A stretch of 64,000 bases of DNA from positions 7,654-71,653 of the forward strand of contig JACPKC010000007.1 in assembly GCA_016187225.1 (NCBI GenBank). Reading direction: 5' to 3'. Both the position numbers and the translations under genes were made by a program. The DNA comes from Candidatus Berkelbacteria bacterium (lineage in GTDB: Bacteria > Patescibacteriota > UBA1384 > JACPKC01). Below, in pieces: positions 1 to 10,662 of this stretch (position 1 is its first letter; the number at the start of each line of letters is the position of its first letter). Under the pieces are notes generated by a model. That model was given only the letters and a program-made list of their open reading frames with translations, was not told where the DNA came from and did not search any database.

Positions 1-792
1 TGGCGTTTGAAGAGCGAGAAAAAAAATCACCCAATCGATGATGGTGTTGAAGAGACCTACCAAAGCGAACTTAACAAACTCGCGCCAAGCGCGACGCTGA
101 CTTGCAAGCTTTAGGATGGTTCGCGCCGAGCGGCCGAGTTCGCCCGAAATTTTACTCTCGCCAACCCGTCGATCGACAAAAGTGATTGGAATCTCAACGA
201 GTCGAAAACCTTTTTCGTGCCCCTGTAAAAGCATCTCGACCTGAAAAGCATAACCGGTTGCAATCAGTGTCGTTAAATCGAGCGACTCCAAAAATCCCCG
301 CGGATAAAGTTTAAAACCGGCCGTGGAATCGCGCACCGGTAAACCAAGTAGAATTTTCGTCACGATGTTGGCGCCGTATGAATTAACATATCTTTGCCAA
401 TCCCAGCCGACAATTTTACCGCCCGGAATATAGCGCGAGCCAATGACAATCGTTTTCGCTTGAAACTTCTCTATAAGTTGCGGCACGTCAGCGGGATTGT
501 GTGAAAAATCGGCATCCAGCGTAATGATGCCGTCGGCATTAGATTCAAGCGCCCAGGCGAAACCGGCGGCATACGCCGCGCCAAGGCCGGCTTTTTGCTT
601 GCGATGAAGAACATGAAGACGCGCTTCTTTTTGACTCAGCATAGAGGCCAGCTGACCCGTGCCATCAGGAGAATTATCATCGACGATTAAAACTTCTAGC
701 TCTTGGACGGGAAGCGCCATGAGCGCATCGAGGAGTTTTGTTAAATTTTCTCTTTCATTGTAAGTTGGAACGATCACGAGAAATTTAGGCAT
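1..792 (-). CDS. Polyprenol-phosphate mannose synthase-like GT2 fused to a C-terminal GtrA-like domain (partial, runs off window start)
   Basis: Manual translation from ATG 792: MPKFLVIVPTYNERENL...VDDNSPDGTG...EIPITFVDRRVGESK, continuing in frame into REFVKFALVGLFNTIIDWVIFF (typical GtrA N-terminus). Not in the ORF track because no stop lies in the window. Confidence 0.85.
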   Translation of the reverse strand, partial: MPKFLVIVPTYNERENLTKLLDALMALPVQELEVLIVDDNSPDGTGQLASMLSQKEARLHVLHRKQKAGLGAAYAAGFAWALESNADGIITLDADFSHNPADVPQLIEKFQAKTIVIGSRYIPGGKIVGWDWQRYVNSYGANIVTKILLGLPVRDSTAGFKLYPRGFLESLDLTTLIATGYAFQVEMLLQGHEKGFRLVEIPITFVDRRVGESKISGELGRSARTILKLASQRRAWREFVKFALVGLFNTIIDWVIFFLALQTP

Positions 793-1516
793 AAAGTCCT
801 TTTTGACGATTCCGACGAATGCGATTTAGCTCGCGCAAGGTTATCCAGGCATCGCGCCCGGCACGGAGCTTGGAACCGGCGGCATCATACCAAGAAACTG
901 GCACTTCCAGAATGCGATAGCCGTGAACGCTGGCAATCGTCAGAATTTCAATATCAAATCCCCACCGATCAATTGTAGCTCGCTTAAAAATATCATGGGC
1001 CGCCTGACGCTCAAAGAGTTTGAAGCCATTTTGAGTATCGCTCAACTTGAGCCCAGTGGCCGCCCGAATTAGTAAATTGCCGATGCGACTTAAAATCCGC
1101 CTCGGCCAAGGTTGTTTGCGCTTGATTCGTGAAGCCATGAGATAGCGCGAGCCCACGATGATTTCAGCAGTCTGACGGTGGGGCCATAAGCGGCCGAGTT
1201 CCTCAATTGGCGTGGCGTTATCAGCATCAGTCAGAAGCAAAAAATCTCCCTTGACCGCAAGTATCCCTCGGCGCACCGCCGCGCCCTTGCCCTGGTTATC
1301 GGATAGGGTTAAAAGTCGGAGTGGAAGCGGATAATCAGCAATAAGTTGCGCAACAATTTGCGGCGTCTCATCTTGACTGCCGTCTTCCACCACTAAAACT
1401 TCTGTTTGCCAAGATTGCTTGCCGATATAATCAGCAATTTTTTTAAGCGTGTCCGGGAGACGGAGCGCCTCGTTATACGCTGGAATAACAATCGAAAGCT
1501 CCGGTGTGGTTTTCAT
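785..1516 (-). CDS. Dolichyl/polyprenyl-phosphate beta-glucosyltransferase-like GT2
   Basis: SIVIPAYNE, VEDGSQD, NQGKGAAVR, DAD, DTQNGFKLF, WGFDIE motifs; ATG at 1516 overlaps the upstream stop (ATGA). Confidence 0.85.
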   Translation of the reverse strand: MKTTPELSIVIPAYNEALRLPDTLKKIADYIGKQSWQTEVLVVEDGSQDETPQIVAQLIADYPLPLRLLTLSDNQGKGAAVRRGILAVKGDFLLLTDADNATPIEELGRLWPHRQTAEIIVGSRYLMASRIKRKQPWPRRILSRIGNLLIRAATGLKLSDTQNGFKLFERQAAHDIFKRATIDRWGFDIEILTIASVHGYRILEVPVSWYDAAGSKLRAGRDAWITLRELNRIRRNRQKGLYA

Positions 1517-2994
1517 CGCCGCTCCCAAACTTCGGCCAAAATTGCGCCTCGAACAGCAACAGTATAAATTGGCTGGTAACGATCCTGCTCTGGATATTCG
1601 GCGATCAATTCTTGGCGCGCCCGATTGATAACGATATAATCCCCATTCGCCGGCTCAATTCGTTTGAAATCCGTTCGGAGCAAGCGCGCCGAACGATCAG
1701 GAATCGCGGCAAAAGTCACGGTTCGATCGGCTAAACCATTCTTATTCAACCAAAGCACAGCTTCTTCTACGCCCTCATTCCACCAACCAATTTGAAAGAG
1801 TTTTTGGGCCGCCATCTGACCTGCGCCGCCCGTAAATTCGTTGTAATAATCAAGCTGATACGGCTGATACCACCCCGCTTGAAGCGCCAGATAACTGACA
1901 AAAATAGCAGGGAGAAGCCAAGCCAGCCGCTGATTTTTAAGCCCATCCATAAGTCTGCCGACTACGCTCGCGACCGCGATTGAGACGGCCGGAAAGAGTT
2001 GTAGGAGATAGCGAATCCCGCCCTGACGCAGGGCATAAAACGAAAAAAGAAAAACCGCCACAATCCAGACAAACAAGATCCAATCCGAGCGGCGACCGCG
2101 CAGTAGCGTTCGAGCGAAAAAATAAAGACTCAAAATAACAACCAAGGCGGGTAAGGTAACAAGATAATAAATCAGATAGTAACTTGCTCCAGGCAGTTGG
2201 CGAACGCCCAAAAAAATCGTCTCAACTGCCGACCAATGCCCAAAGGTGATATTCAAATGAGCGCGAAAATCTTCCCAAAGCCACGGCCAGCTTGCCCAGA
2301 CGATGAGCGGCGGGAATAAGATCAAAGGCGCCAACCACCCAAGCTCTGGGAGCCGCCGACCACGCTTCCAGTCTGACCTAAGCACGATGATCGCCAGCAT
2401 GGCTAGAAGCGGATAAAGTAAGAGATTGGAAAGGCGCGTGCCCAGCGCCAAACCAAGCGCAAGCGTAGCCGCCGCGTACCAACGGCTATTTTGTTGTGGA
2501 CGGAAAAGCGCTTCCAAAAAGCAATACACGGTCAACGTGAAGAAAAGAGTGGTGGGCGTATCAAGCCCAAGCACACGATTCAACGCGATAAAAAGCGGCG
2601 AACAAGCCAAAATAATACCCGCTAAAACACCAACTTTTGGACTGTAAAGACGCCAACCGATCAAGATCGTTAACAAAATCGTCGCGCTTCCCATTAAGGC
2701 CGAAAGTAAGCGCCCAGGCTTAAAATCAACCTCATTTGCTTGAAAAGACCGCAAAGACACGAGTCCATAGAGCCATTTGGCGACTGGCGGATGTTCACGG
2801 TTGGCGTTCCACGCATCGGCCTCCCAAATCCCGTTGACGACGTTCGCGGAGTAATGCTTGGCCGCGTCGTAATAGGCGATCTCGTCCCAAGTTTCACCAG
2901 CCGCATTCAGGCCCCACAAACGCAAAGCGAGCGCCAAGAGAGGCACAAGAATAAGCGCTAATCGCCACGGCTGGGTTCTTTTCATAGAACTCAT
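1513..2994 (-). CDS. GT39/PMT-ArnT family polytopic glycosyltransferase
   Basis: WDE and EHPP motifs in the first loop, many TM helices, RY motif before a soluble C-terminal domain. Confidence 0.8.
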   Translation of the reverse strand: MSSMKRTQPWRLALILVPLLALALRLWGLNAAGETWDEIAYYDAAKHYSANVVNGIWEADAWNANREHPPVAKWLYGLVSLRSFQANEVDFKPGRLLSALMGSATILLTILIGWRLYSPKVGVLAGIILACSPLFIALNRVLGLDTPTTLFFTLTVYCFLEALFRPQQNSRWYAAATLALGLALGTRLSNLLLYPLLAMLAIIVLRSDWKRGRRLPELGWLAPLILFPPLIVWASWPWLWEDFRAHLNITFGHWSAVETIFLGVRQLPGASYYLIYYLVTLPALVVILSLYFFARTLLRGRRSDWILFVWIVAVFLFSFYALRQGGIRYLLQLFPAVSIAVASVVGRLMDGLKNQRLAWLLPAIFVSYLALQAGWYQPYQLDYYNEFTGGAGQMAAQKLFQIGWWNEGVEEAVLWLNKNGLADRTVTFAAIPDRSARLLRTDFKRIEPANGDYIVINRARQELIAEYPEQDRYQPIYTVAVRGAILAEVWERR

Positions 2995-3065
2995 TGTAAG
3001 CCTTGAAGGCTGAATACTGTATACTGGTTTCAGACATTCACCATAAAAAATTTAGGAGGAACTTT

Positions 3066-4121
3066 ATGCGCTGGTTTGCAATTATTCTTTTACTGATCGG
3101 GCTGGGTTTTGCCGCCTTTACCTGGACAAAAAATAGCTCAAACGCAAGTCTTTCAAAAAACATGAGTCCGGTTTGGGGAGTACTCGTTCGCCCCTTTGCG
3201 CTCGATGTCGTGGGTAAGCCGACAACATGGGAAGTTGGCATCCCCGCTCAACTTAACTATACCCAAGAACTCGGAGCAAAACTAATTCGAGCAAATATTG
3301 AATCGAATGATCCCGCGATGGAGCTGATGATCAATGGCGCCCGGAGCCGCGATCTTGATGTTCTGCTTGTTCTTGAAGTCGACGGCAAGAATCCGGTGCT
3401 CGATGCGAGCATCCCCACAGCTGCGCTTTACGATCAGGGCTATGCCTTTGCAACCCAGTACGCTTCTAAATATGCCGGTCGTGTTCAGTATTACCAGCTT
3501 GCCAATGAGGTTAGCGGCACTGCCGCTCATCAAGCCAGCGACACTGGCCCGACTCTGAAGAACAGTTACGACCTTACTTATGATAAAAACCGCTACGAGC
3601 GGGTGCGCGAATACACGCGCGGTCTGGCTGATGGCGTCAAGGCCGCCGATCCGGGCGCCAAACGCATGGTCACTGGCCACTGGGTTCTGGTCGACATTAT
3701 GAAGTATCTTATTGACGACAAAGTCGACTTTGAGATTATCGGCTGGGATTGGTATTCGGATATGGGCATCGATCCGGCTAAAAAGTTGATCGACAACTTC
3801 CCCGCGCTCGATCTTCCAGGCTTGGCCAACAAATGGGGCAAGGAATTTTGGTTGGCAGAAGTTAATCGCGAATCTGGCTCATTCGACAATCAAGATCAGG
3901 CTCAAGCTAGTTATCTTGCCGCGGTTGCCAAGGTTGTTCAAGCAGACAAACGCATCAAAGGCATGACGATTCACATGCTACCCGACATGGCCGCCGAACA
4001 GAGTAAAACCACTGGCGCCCTTGGTCTGGTAACAGTCAAAGAAAATTCCGACGGAACTTGGAAATTCGACGAAAGAAAACCCGCCTTCGCCACCCTCCGA
4101 TCGATCTTTTTGAGGCAATAA
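3066..4121 (+). CDS. Exported clan GH-A-like glycoside hydrolase (family uncertain)
   Basis: AGGAGG RBS before ATG 3066; signal/anchor MRWFAIILLLIGLGF; YYQLANE acid/base-like and FWLAEVN nucleophile-like motifs. Confidence 0.65.
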   Translation: MRWFAIILLLIGLGFAAFTWTKNSSNASLSKNMSPVWGVLVRPFALDVVGKPTTWEVGIPAQLNYTQELGAKLIRANIESNDPAMELMINGARSRDLDVLLVLEVDGKNPVLDASIPTAALYDQGYAFATQYASKYAGRVQYYQLANEVSGTAAHQASDTGPTLKNSYDLTYDKNRYERVREYTRGLADGVKAADPGAKRMVTGHWVLVDIMKYLIDDKVDFEIIGWDWYSDMGIDPAKKLIDNFPALDLPGLANKWGKEFWLAEVNRESGSFDNQDQAQASYLAAVAKVVQADKRIKGMTIHMLPDMAAEQSKTTGALGLVTVKENSDGTWKFDERKPAFATLRSIFLRQ

Positions 4122-4185
4122 TAGGAGAGTTGTTAATCCACAAGCGTTCTCAAAGCGTAGCCCTTTTAAGTGTATACTGTGACTG

Positions 4186-4566
4186 ATGATACAGGCTGAA
4201 ACAACTTCTGAAGATACTCGACTCCGACGCTTGCTTTTTGTGCTGGAACTGTGGCTGGTGCCAATGTTGCTCTTTTTGGGCGCGGCCATCCTGGGTTTTG
4301 TGCTAGCTGGCGGCAAGCTTCACGCCCTGGACGTAAAATTTTCCTTCTACGCCACAGCTGGAGCGATCGGCTGTTCAATGTTTGCGCTTTTCTGCTGGCT
4401 GATTCGTTTGCGAATCGCTTCGTGGCGATTGCATGTGATCGCGCTCTTTTTAGCGCTTCTCGCTATTCCAACTCTTTTCCCCTTAAACCTCTTTTTCATT
4501 CCGCCACTTGCGCTCGCGTTCAGCTTTTTCCGCCCTGTTTTGCTCCTGGGCGAGCATCAAATCTGA
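4186..4566 (+). CDS. Small hypothetical membrane protein
   Basis: 126 aa, about 4 hydrophobic segments, TATACT just upstream. Confidence 0.55.
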   Translation: MIQAETTSEDTRLRRLLFVLELWLVPMLLFLGAAILGFVLAGGKLHALDVKFSFYATAGAIGCSMFALFCWLIRLRIASWRLHVIALFLALLAIPTLFPLNLFFIPPLALAFSFFRPVLLLGEHQI

Positions 4567-5752
4567 TCATCAAAGAGCTGGCAATAATTAGCCAAAAAAC
4601 GATCAAATTATCGTTTTTCCAGATCGGCATATCAACGAGACCGATCGCCAAAAAGACGCTCCAGCTTCCAAGCAAACCAGCCGCTACAAGCCTGGTATCT
4701 GTGTGCCGAACGGCTCTAAATAAATTTCTAAGCGCCAAGACCAATGCCAGCAACAACGCCGCCAAGCCGAGTAAGCCGGTTTCGAGCCAAATCCCAACAA
4801 ATAAATTATGCGGTGTGCGAGCATGCGGAGCGATATATTCAAGATAGTTCACGCGCGCGCGGGTTAAGGCCGTAAAGTCAGCTTGAAAATCGCCCAGACC
4901 TAAACCTAAAATCGGCGCTTGCCTAACGAGTTCGCCGGTCGCGCTCCAGAGTTGCCAGCGAACGTTATTGCTGGATGTAACCCGGCCGCCTTCATCAGTC
5001 GAACGCGAGAATTCCGGACGCACCAGCCACCAACTTAAAATCAAACTCAAAGTTATTACTCCTACGAACGTGCGTTGAATAAAAAGCGATCGCCAAAACT
5101 GTTTTGAGCTCAAGACAACGCCAATCGCGAAACCGAGGAGAGCGCCAACAATTCCGGCGCGTGAGGCGCTGATGAAAAGTCCCATTAAAATAATTATGCC
5201 TATACCGATGCGAACGAGTGGTCGAATCTTTTTGAGAGTGAAGACAAGCGGGAGAGCTGGCGCCAGGGCGAAAGCAAGATAGTTTGCTGAAGCATTTGCA
5301 TCGAGCGCATAAGGCCCAAGAGCGCGATCTGCTTGATTCCAGAGAATCAAAGCTAGCAAAGCAACGCAAGTACTCGAGACTACCAGAGCCATGGCTAGGC
5401 GCTCGAGATCGTTCTTGTTTCTCAAGGTCAACAAAGCAATAAGATAAACAAGGATTGGACCAAAAATAAAACCCTTAAAAAGCCCAAGGGCACGCCGCAG
5501 ATCATCGCTTAAAATAAGGCCGACGAAGGCGCCTAGTAAGAATAAAATTGGCGGCGCTAACCAGGATCGGCGCGAGCGCCACAACTGTCGAATTGAATCA
5601 TCGCTGATCGAGCGCAAAATCACCCAAACGAAAACGCCCCAAATTACTAATTCCAGCAACGTCGTCGGAATTCCACCGAGCGTAAAACGAATAAGATAGG
5701 CTGGCGTCAAAAACGCCACGAACGTGAGAAGTGTAAGCTTAGTTGGTTGCAT
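4520..5752 (-). CDS. O-antigen ligase / Wzy_C family membrane protein
   Basis: Polytopic; SASRAG, R-x-x-LW, GLGLG, PHN...ETGLLG motifs; ATG 5752 overlaps the upstream gene end. Confidence 0.85.
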   Translation of the reverse strand: MQPTKLTLLTFVAFLTPAYLIRFTLGGIPTTLLELVIWGVFVWVILRSISDDSIRQLWRSRRSWLAPPILFLLGAFVGLILSDDLRRALGLFKGFIFGPILVYLIALLTLRNKNDLERLAMALVVSSTCVALLALILWNQADRALGPYALDANASANYLAFALAPALPLVFTLKKIRPLVRIGIGIIILMGLFISASRAGIVGALLGFAIGVVLSSKQFWRSLFIQRTFVGVITLSLILSWWLVRPEFSRSTDEGGRVTSSNNVRWQLWSATGELVRQAPILGLGLGDFQADFTALTRARVNYLEYIAPHARTPHNLFVGIWLETGLLGLAALLLALVLALRNLFRAVRHTDTRLVAAGLLGSWSVFLAIGLVDMPIWKNDNLIVFWLIIASSLMIRFDARPGAKQGGKS

Positions 5753-7136
5753 GAGATTTGAGAATAAGATTTGAGATTGCGACCAGAAAACCGATAAAAA
5801 CCCAAACATGGATAATATATAAAGTTGAGAAAAAGTTATACTGAACCAAGAGGCCAACGACCGCAGCGGTGGCGCCCAGAAGCACTGCCTGCAATAACGG
5901 CTCTTTCACAGCGCGGTAGGCAACTATTGCTCGCGCAAGCAGAAGGAGAATGAAAGCAAGAAAAGCGCCCAGACCAATCAACCCGGTTTCGGCTAAGATC
6001 TCAAGATATTGGTTATTAACAATATCGAAACTCTCGAGAGAGCGCGGATCCGGATAACCTTTCACGTAGAAACCAAAATTGCCGAGACCGATCCCAAGCC
6101 AGGGATGCTCTTCCCAGGCTTGCTTTGCCTGAATAAACGCGACTAGCCGACCCTGGGTTGATTCGCCGACCGCAAAATCCTGAATTTGAACATGTTCTGC
6201 GAATTGCTCGAGCGCATCTTCTCGCCCCTGACCAAGAAAAAAATAGACGCCCAATGTAGTAAGTATGAACAAGCCTAAACCAGCTAATAAGAATCGAGGC
6301 GCCAAAACAAAGCGTGGCAGAGTTAAGAAAATAACGCCTGCGGCGGCAAGGCCGCCAAGATAGGCGCCGCGCGAAACGGTCAACACAAAAACAATCAACA
6401 TCAAACTGAATAGAAGCCAATGCCAGAGTGTTTGGTAGCTCTTGACTCGGAGCAAAAGCAAACTTGCAAGAAGACTAATCGGAAGAAGGAGAAAGTTGCC
6501 CAAATACAAAGGCTCAATCGAAAAAGCCTGGATGCGCGGAAAACCAAGCACTTCTTTCGTATAGCCTTGATTGAGGCCTGTTAGCGAGCTGGGCAAGCCA
6601 ATTGCGTCACCCAAAAACTGGTAAAGACCAAAAGCAACGACCACGCCGGCGCTTATTAACAAGACTCTGATCACGCGCTTAAAATCTTCTTGTGAGCGGA
6701 TAAATTGGCTCACCAACCAACCAAAACTCGCGGTAAAAAGAATGAAGCCAAATACGAAAAGCGAGCGCGTGGACTCGCGCGCGCCGAAGACGCTTAATCC
6801 AGTCGCGATCAGAAAGATCAAGAGCGGCCAGCTTGGAATAAACGGCTGGGCGCGTCGGCGGCGAGTGAGTAATTGAAAGCCCAATGCCAGGAGTGTCAGA
6901 GCGCCGAGAAGAAAATTAATCCGTAAGGTCAGGCCGCCAACCTCTAAACTAGGAATGCGCTCAAAGGGCAGGAAAAAAATAATTGCGAGCCAGCCTTGCG
7001 TTGGGTTTTTGAAGATTGCGCGCGCGAGCCAAAGCGCGAAGCCAAGACCGAGGAGCAAGATCAACCCTTTAAAGTTTAAGATGAGCGCCATACCGATTGT
7101 CAAGATTGCGCCGAAGAGACTTGAAAACCAGATCAT
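5739..7136 (-). CDS. O-antigen ligase / Wzy_C family membrane protein
   Basis: EP-x-x-LG, TVSRGAY, GIGLGNF, NNQYLEILAETGLIG motifs. Confidence 0.85.
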   Translation of the reverse strand: MIWFSSLFGAILTIGMALILNFKGLILLLGLGFALWLARAIFKNPTQGWLAIIFFLPFERIPSLEVGGLTLRINFLLGALTLLALGFQLLTRRRRAQPFIPSWPLLIFLIATGLSVFGARESTRSLFVFGFILFTASFGWLVSQFIRSQEDFKRVIRVLLISAGVVVAFGLYQFLGDAIGLPSSLTGLNQGYTKEVLGFPRIQAFSIEPLYLGNFLLLPISLLASLLLLRVKSYQTLWHWLLFSLMLIVFVLTVSRGAYLGGLAAAGVIFLTLPRFVLAPRFLLAGLGLFILTTLGVYFFLGQGREDALEQFAEHVQIQDFAVGESTQGRLVAFIQAKQAWEEHPWLGIGLGNFGFYVKGYPDPRSLESFDIVNNQYLEILAETGLIGLGAFLAFILLLLARAIVAYRAVKEPLLQAVLLGATAAVVGLLVQYNFFSTLYIIHVWVFIGFLVAISNLILKSHATN

Positions 7137-8251
7137 TTAAGCCCCTCGTGATCGGCTTTTCTAAGCAATGACAAGACGTATTCTTCGTCACGTTCAACGT
7201 TTTTCTTGACCTCATATTCTTTAACAACGTGCCGACGTCCGCGCTGACCTGCAAGAACGCGGCGTTTCGCGTCCGCCAGAAATTGGCAAACAGCTCGCGT
7301 AATTGTCTCGGGAGCATGTTCCGGAACTAAAATTGCGCCGTGATTCTCGCCGACATATTCTGGAATAGCGCCTGAATTAGTCGTGACGACAGGAGTGGCG
7401 CAGGCTAAACTTTGCAAATTAATCATACCGACCTGCTCCTCCCAAGTCTTAGTCGTGACCGATGGCGCGACCGTCACCCACGCTTCTTGAAAGTATCGAG
7501 GCAGTTCGGCATTCTTGATCGGCCCTAAAAAGGTAGTGGCCGGACTATCTTTAATTTGAGCATTGAGCGGACTCTGGGGATCAATCGGACCGCCGATAAC
7601 GAGTTTGGCTTTCGGATAGAGTTCCAAGATCTTCGGCCAGGCGCTAAGCAGATCGGGCACGCCCTTAGCTTCTGAAACGCGACCAACAAAAAAAACGAGC
7701 GGGTAAGTAGAACGGCGTTTCGGATCCGAATCAAATTCAGCCACATCAATGCCCCAAGTGCCCCAATTCAGACGAGTGATTTTGTGTTCGGGCACACCGG
7801 CGGCAATTAGGTTGGCACGCGCACCCAGATTAAGATTGATCACACCGGCGGCGGCGCGTCCGTAGACTCCGAGAATGGTCTGCATAAAAAGTCCAACTGG
7901 CCAACCAAATTTTTCTAAAACTGGCCTATTTTCGAAAACCGGGAAAAAATACGGGGTGCGAGTGCGCCGAGCGTATTGAGCGACTATCCAGGCATTCTTT
8001 AAGGCCAAACGCGAGGCATACGGCTCTGGGCCCTGGATTATATCGGGCTTCGCCTCTTCAAGTAATCGAGCAAGTTGCGCTGAATCCCGATATCGAATCG
8101 GTGTCGAGGCAAAATCTTCTTCACGCATATCGCCATACGAAGCATCGGTGTAAAAATGCAAAATTTTGAGCTTCTTAAAATACTTGAGCGGATCTTCCAA
8201 GTCGCGGCGTAAAGTTTGGCTGACGAGCGCCAAAGTTGCGAACTTTTTCAT
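7133..8251 (-). CDS. GT4 family glycosyltransferase
   Basis: FVGRVSEAKG, EEQVGMINLQSLACATPVV (variant of the EX7E motif), SGAIPE. Confidence 0.85.
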   Translation of the reverse strand: MKKFATLALVSQTLRRDLEDPLKYFKKLKILHFYTDASYGDMREEDFASTPIRYRDSAQLARLLEEAKPDIIQGPEPYASRLALKNAWIVAQYARRTRTPYFFPVFENRPVLEKFGWPVGLFMQTILGVYGRAAAGVINLNLGARANLIAAGVPEHKITRLNWGTWGIDVAEFDSDPKRRSTYPLVFFVGRVSEAKGVPDLLSAWPKILELYPKAKLVIGGPIDPQSPLNAQIKDSPATTFLGPIKNAELPRYFQEAWVTVAPSVTTKTWEEQVGMINLQSLACATPVVTTNSGAIPEYVGENHGAILVPEHAPETITRAVCQFLADAKRRVLAGQRGRRHVVKEYEVKKNVERDEEYVLSLLRKADHEGLK

Positions 8252-9543
8252 CTTGTCTCCCTGCTCGCAAGTGCCTGCTCAACGACTTTGCGATCAGAAA
8301 ATGGAATATGACCGCTTTTGACTGCCATGACCTCTTCGTCGCCCTTGCCAGTAATTAAAACCACATCGTCTACTCGGGCAAGATTTAAAGCTTTACGAAT
8401 CGCTTCATCGCGCCGCAGAATGGTAAAAAAGTTCCGATCGTGCTCAAAATACTTGGCGCGGCCAGCGCCTTTTTGAACACCCGAAACAACGGCTTGAATA
8501 ATTGCGGCTGGATCCTCACTGCCCGGATCCTCGTCGGTCACAATTACGATATCGGCATATCTACCCGCCAAGGCGCCAAGCAATGGCCGTTTTTCTTTAT
8601 ATCGATCGCCTGTGGCGCCACCCACATGAATTAAGCGACCTTTTATATCCGACCGAACGGTCTCAAAAACTTTTTTCAATCCGTCAGGCGTGTGCGCATA
8701 ATCAAGTATAATCTGATAACTCTGGCCGTGATTAAGAAATTCCATCCGCCCGGGCGAGGTTTGCAAGCGTTCCAAACCCTGTTTGATCGTTTCGAGATCG
8801 ATATTGGCGCCGAGCGCGGCGGCGGCGGCGGCCAAAGCATTTTCAACGTTAAATCGACCGAGAAGATTCAAATTGATTGAGAGCGCTTCATTGCCAGCAT
8901 GTAGAACGAAATGAGTTTTCAGCTGGCGATCACGAATATCACTTGCCCAGACATCGGTTGAGTTCTTAAGGGAATAAGTTAAGCGTCGGACGGCTGGATA
9001 CTTCAGAAACTCTGCCGCCGCTGGATCATCGCCATTAACAACGCTGACCCGATGCGGCCGAGCGAAGAGACGCTCTTTGGCGCCGCGATAACTGGCTTTA
9101 GTTGGATGATAGTCTAGGTGATCGACTGTGAGATTGGTAAAAATAACGGTATCGAATGGAATTCCCCAAACTCGTTCTTGAACCAAACCATGCGAAGTGA
9201 CCTCAATAATTGCCTCCGTGGCGCCGCGACCGATCATCTTTCGAAGCAAGAATTGGAGTTTGAATGAATCCAGAGTTCCCATTTTAAGATCGTTGCGCCA
9301 CATCTTGATCCCATCAGAAAAACGAACGGTGCTCATGAGGCCAGTTTTTAGACGGCGTTCTGTGAGAATACTGTGTAAAAACAAAGCAGTGGTTGTTTTA
9401 CCGTTCGTGCCTGTCACGCCGAAGATTCTTAACTTCCGCCCCGGAAAACCTGCGAGACTAGCCGCCAACACCGCCCGGCAAAGGTGGTAAACATTGAGCA
9501 CGCTTTTTGGGATTATCGAGCGAATTAGCGATTTGAGTTGCAT
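8248..9543 (-). CDS. murE: MurE-type UDP-MurNAc-tripeptide ligase
   Basis: GVTGTNGKTTT, EVTSH, FTNLTVDHLDYH, PGRME, DYAHTPD, GKGD motifs. Confidence 0.9.
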   Translation of the reverse strand: MQLKSLIRSIIPKSVLNVYHLCRAVLAASLAGFPGRKLRIFGVTGTNGKTTTALFLHSILTERRLKTGLMSTVRFSDGIKMWRNDLKMGTLDSFKLQFLLRKMIGRGATEAIIEVTSHGLVQERVWGIPFDTVIFTNLTVDHLDYHPTKASYRGAKERLFARPHRVSVVNGDDPAAAEFLKYPAVRRLTYSLKNSTDVWASDIRDRQLKTHFVLHAGNEALSINLNLLGRFNVENALAAAAAALGANIDLETIKQGLERLQTSPGRMEFLNHGQSYQIILDYAHTPDGLKKVFETVRSDIKGRLIHVGGATGDRYKEKRPLLGALAGRYADIVIVTDEDPGSEDPAAIIQAVVSGVQKGAGRAKYFEHDRNFFTILRRDEAIRKALNLARVDDVVLITGKGDEEVMAVKSGHIPFSDRKVVEQALASRETR

Positions 9544-9563
9544 AGAGTGATCCTCGTCAGAAC

Positions 9564-10661
9564 TTATCTTACACTTGCGCGGCGAGAGCGTGCATACGTT
9601 GCTTCATAAATCCGGATTGTTTCTTTGGCAGTGCGCTCCCAACTAAACCGGCGCGCCTGTTTTCGCCCCTTGCCAGCCAACTCACGCCGCAGAGACGCGT
9701 CGGCAATCAAACTGGTTAAAGCGCGCGCCCACGCCGAGAGATTGGTCGGCGAAAGTAAGATCCCGCCTTCACCCACCATCTCGGGCAAGGAAGAAGTGTT
9801 TGAACTCACAACCGGTGTACCACAACTCATTGCCTCCAACGGCGGCAAGCCAGCGCCCTCATAGAGAGAGGGAAAGGCAAAAATCGAGGCCGCGTTGTAA
9901 AGCAGTGGCTTATCGTGATCGTTAATATAGCCGGTAAAAACCACTGCGGACTGCAAACCAAGTTTTTCAACTAATTTAAAGAGGCCTTCGTAGTACCAGC
10001 CTTTCTGACCGGTAATCACAAGTTTCCAGCGATGCCCGACTCGTTTGCGCACCTCGGCAAAAACTTTCACCAAAAATTCCAAATTTTTACGCGGGTTAAG
10101 AGTGCCAACGTGGAGAATGAACTTATCGCCTGTTTGGTATTTAGCGCGAATACTGGTGAGGCTTTCTCGATCGCGGATCGGTTGAAAAACGCTATCGGCC
10201 GCCTCATAAATAACTGTGATTTTTGCCTCATCCAAGCCAAGAAGCTTAATCGCATCTCGTTTAGTATGTTCAGAAATGGCAATAATATGATCTGCGTAAC
10301 GGTAGGAAAACGGCATCCATTTGCCGAAATAAAGCCGCGAGCCGAGCGGGATATCGGCGCCATAGTGAATCGCGATCAGATCATGGAGCGTGACGACGAT
10401 TGGCCCCGGAAAAAGAATCGGCGCGGAAAAAGCCGGCTGATGCAAAAGATCGATTTTGAACCGACGAGCAAGTTGCGGAATTCGAACTTGATCCCACCAC
10501 CAGCGTTCGAGCGAGCGATAGTCGGCGCGTGAAATTGGAATAAGCTTTTTATACTCATTGATGCGATCAATGCGCTCAAGATTATTGACCAAATTTTCAA
10601 CGTAAAAACCAAAACCCGTCTTCTGCCCAACCGTGGTCTGCATGTCAATACCAATTTTCAT
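9564..10661 (-). CDS. GT4 family glycosyltransferase (mannosyltransferase-like)
   Basis: TLHDL, VGTLNPRKN, FPSLYEGAGLPPLEAMSCGTPVVSSN. Confidence 0.9.
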   Translation of the reverse strand: MKIGIDMQTTVGQKTGFGFYVENLVNNLERIDRINEYKKLIPISRADYRSLERWWWDQVRIPQLARRFKIDLLHQPAFSAPILFPGPIVVTLHDLIAIHYGADIPLGSRLYFGKWMPFSYRYADHIIAISEHTKRDAIKLLGLDEAKITVIYEAADSVFQPIRDRESLTSIRAKYQTGDKFILHVGTLNPRKNLEFLVKVFAEVRKRVGHRWKLVITGQKGWYYEGLFKLVEKLGLQSAVVFTGYINDHDKPLLYNAASIFAFPSLYEGAGLPPLEAMSCGTPVVSSNTSSLPEMVGEGGILLSPTNLSAWARALTSLIADASLRRELAGKGRKQARRFSWERTAKETIRIYEATYARSRRASVR

Positions 10662-10662
10662 T

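Noticed and set aside
4251-4847. 198-aa + strand ORF
   Set aside because: It overlaps both the small membrane ORF and the ligase gene and has no coherent composition.
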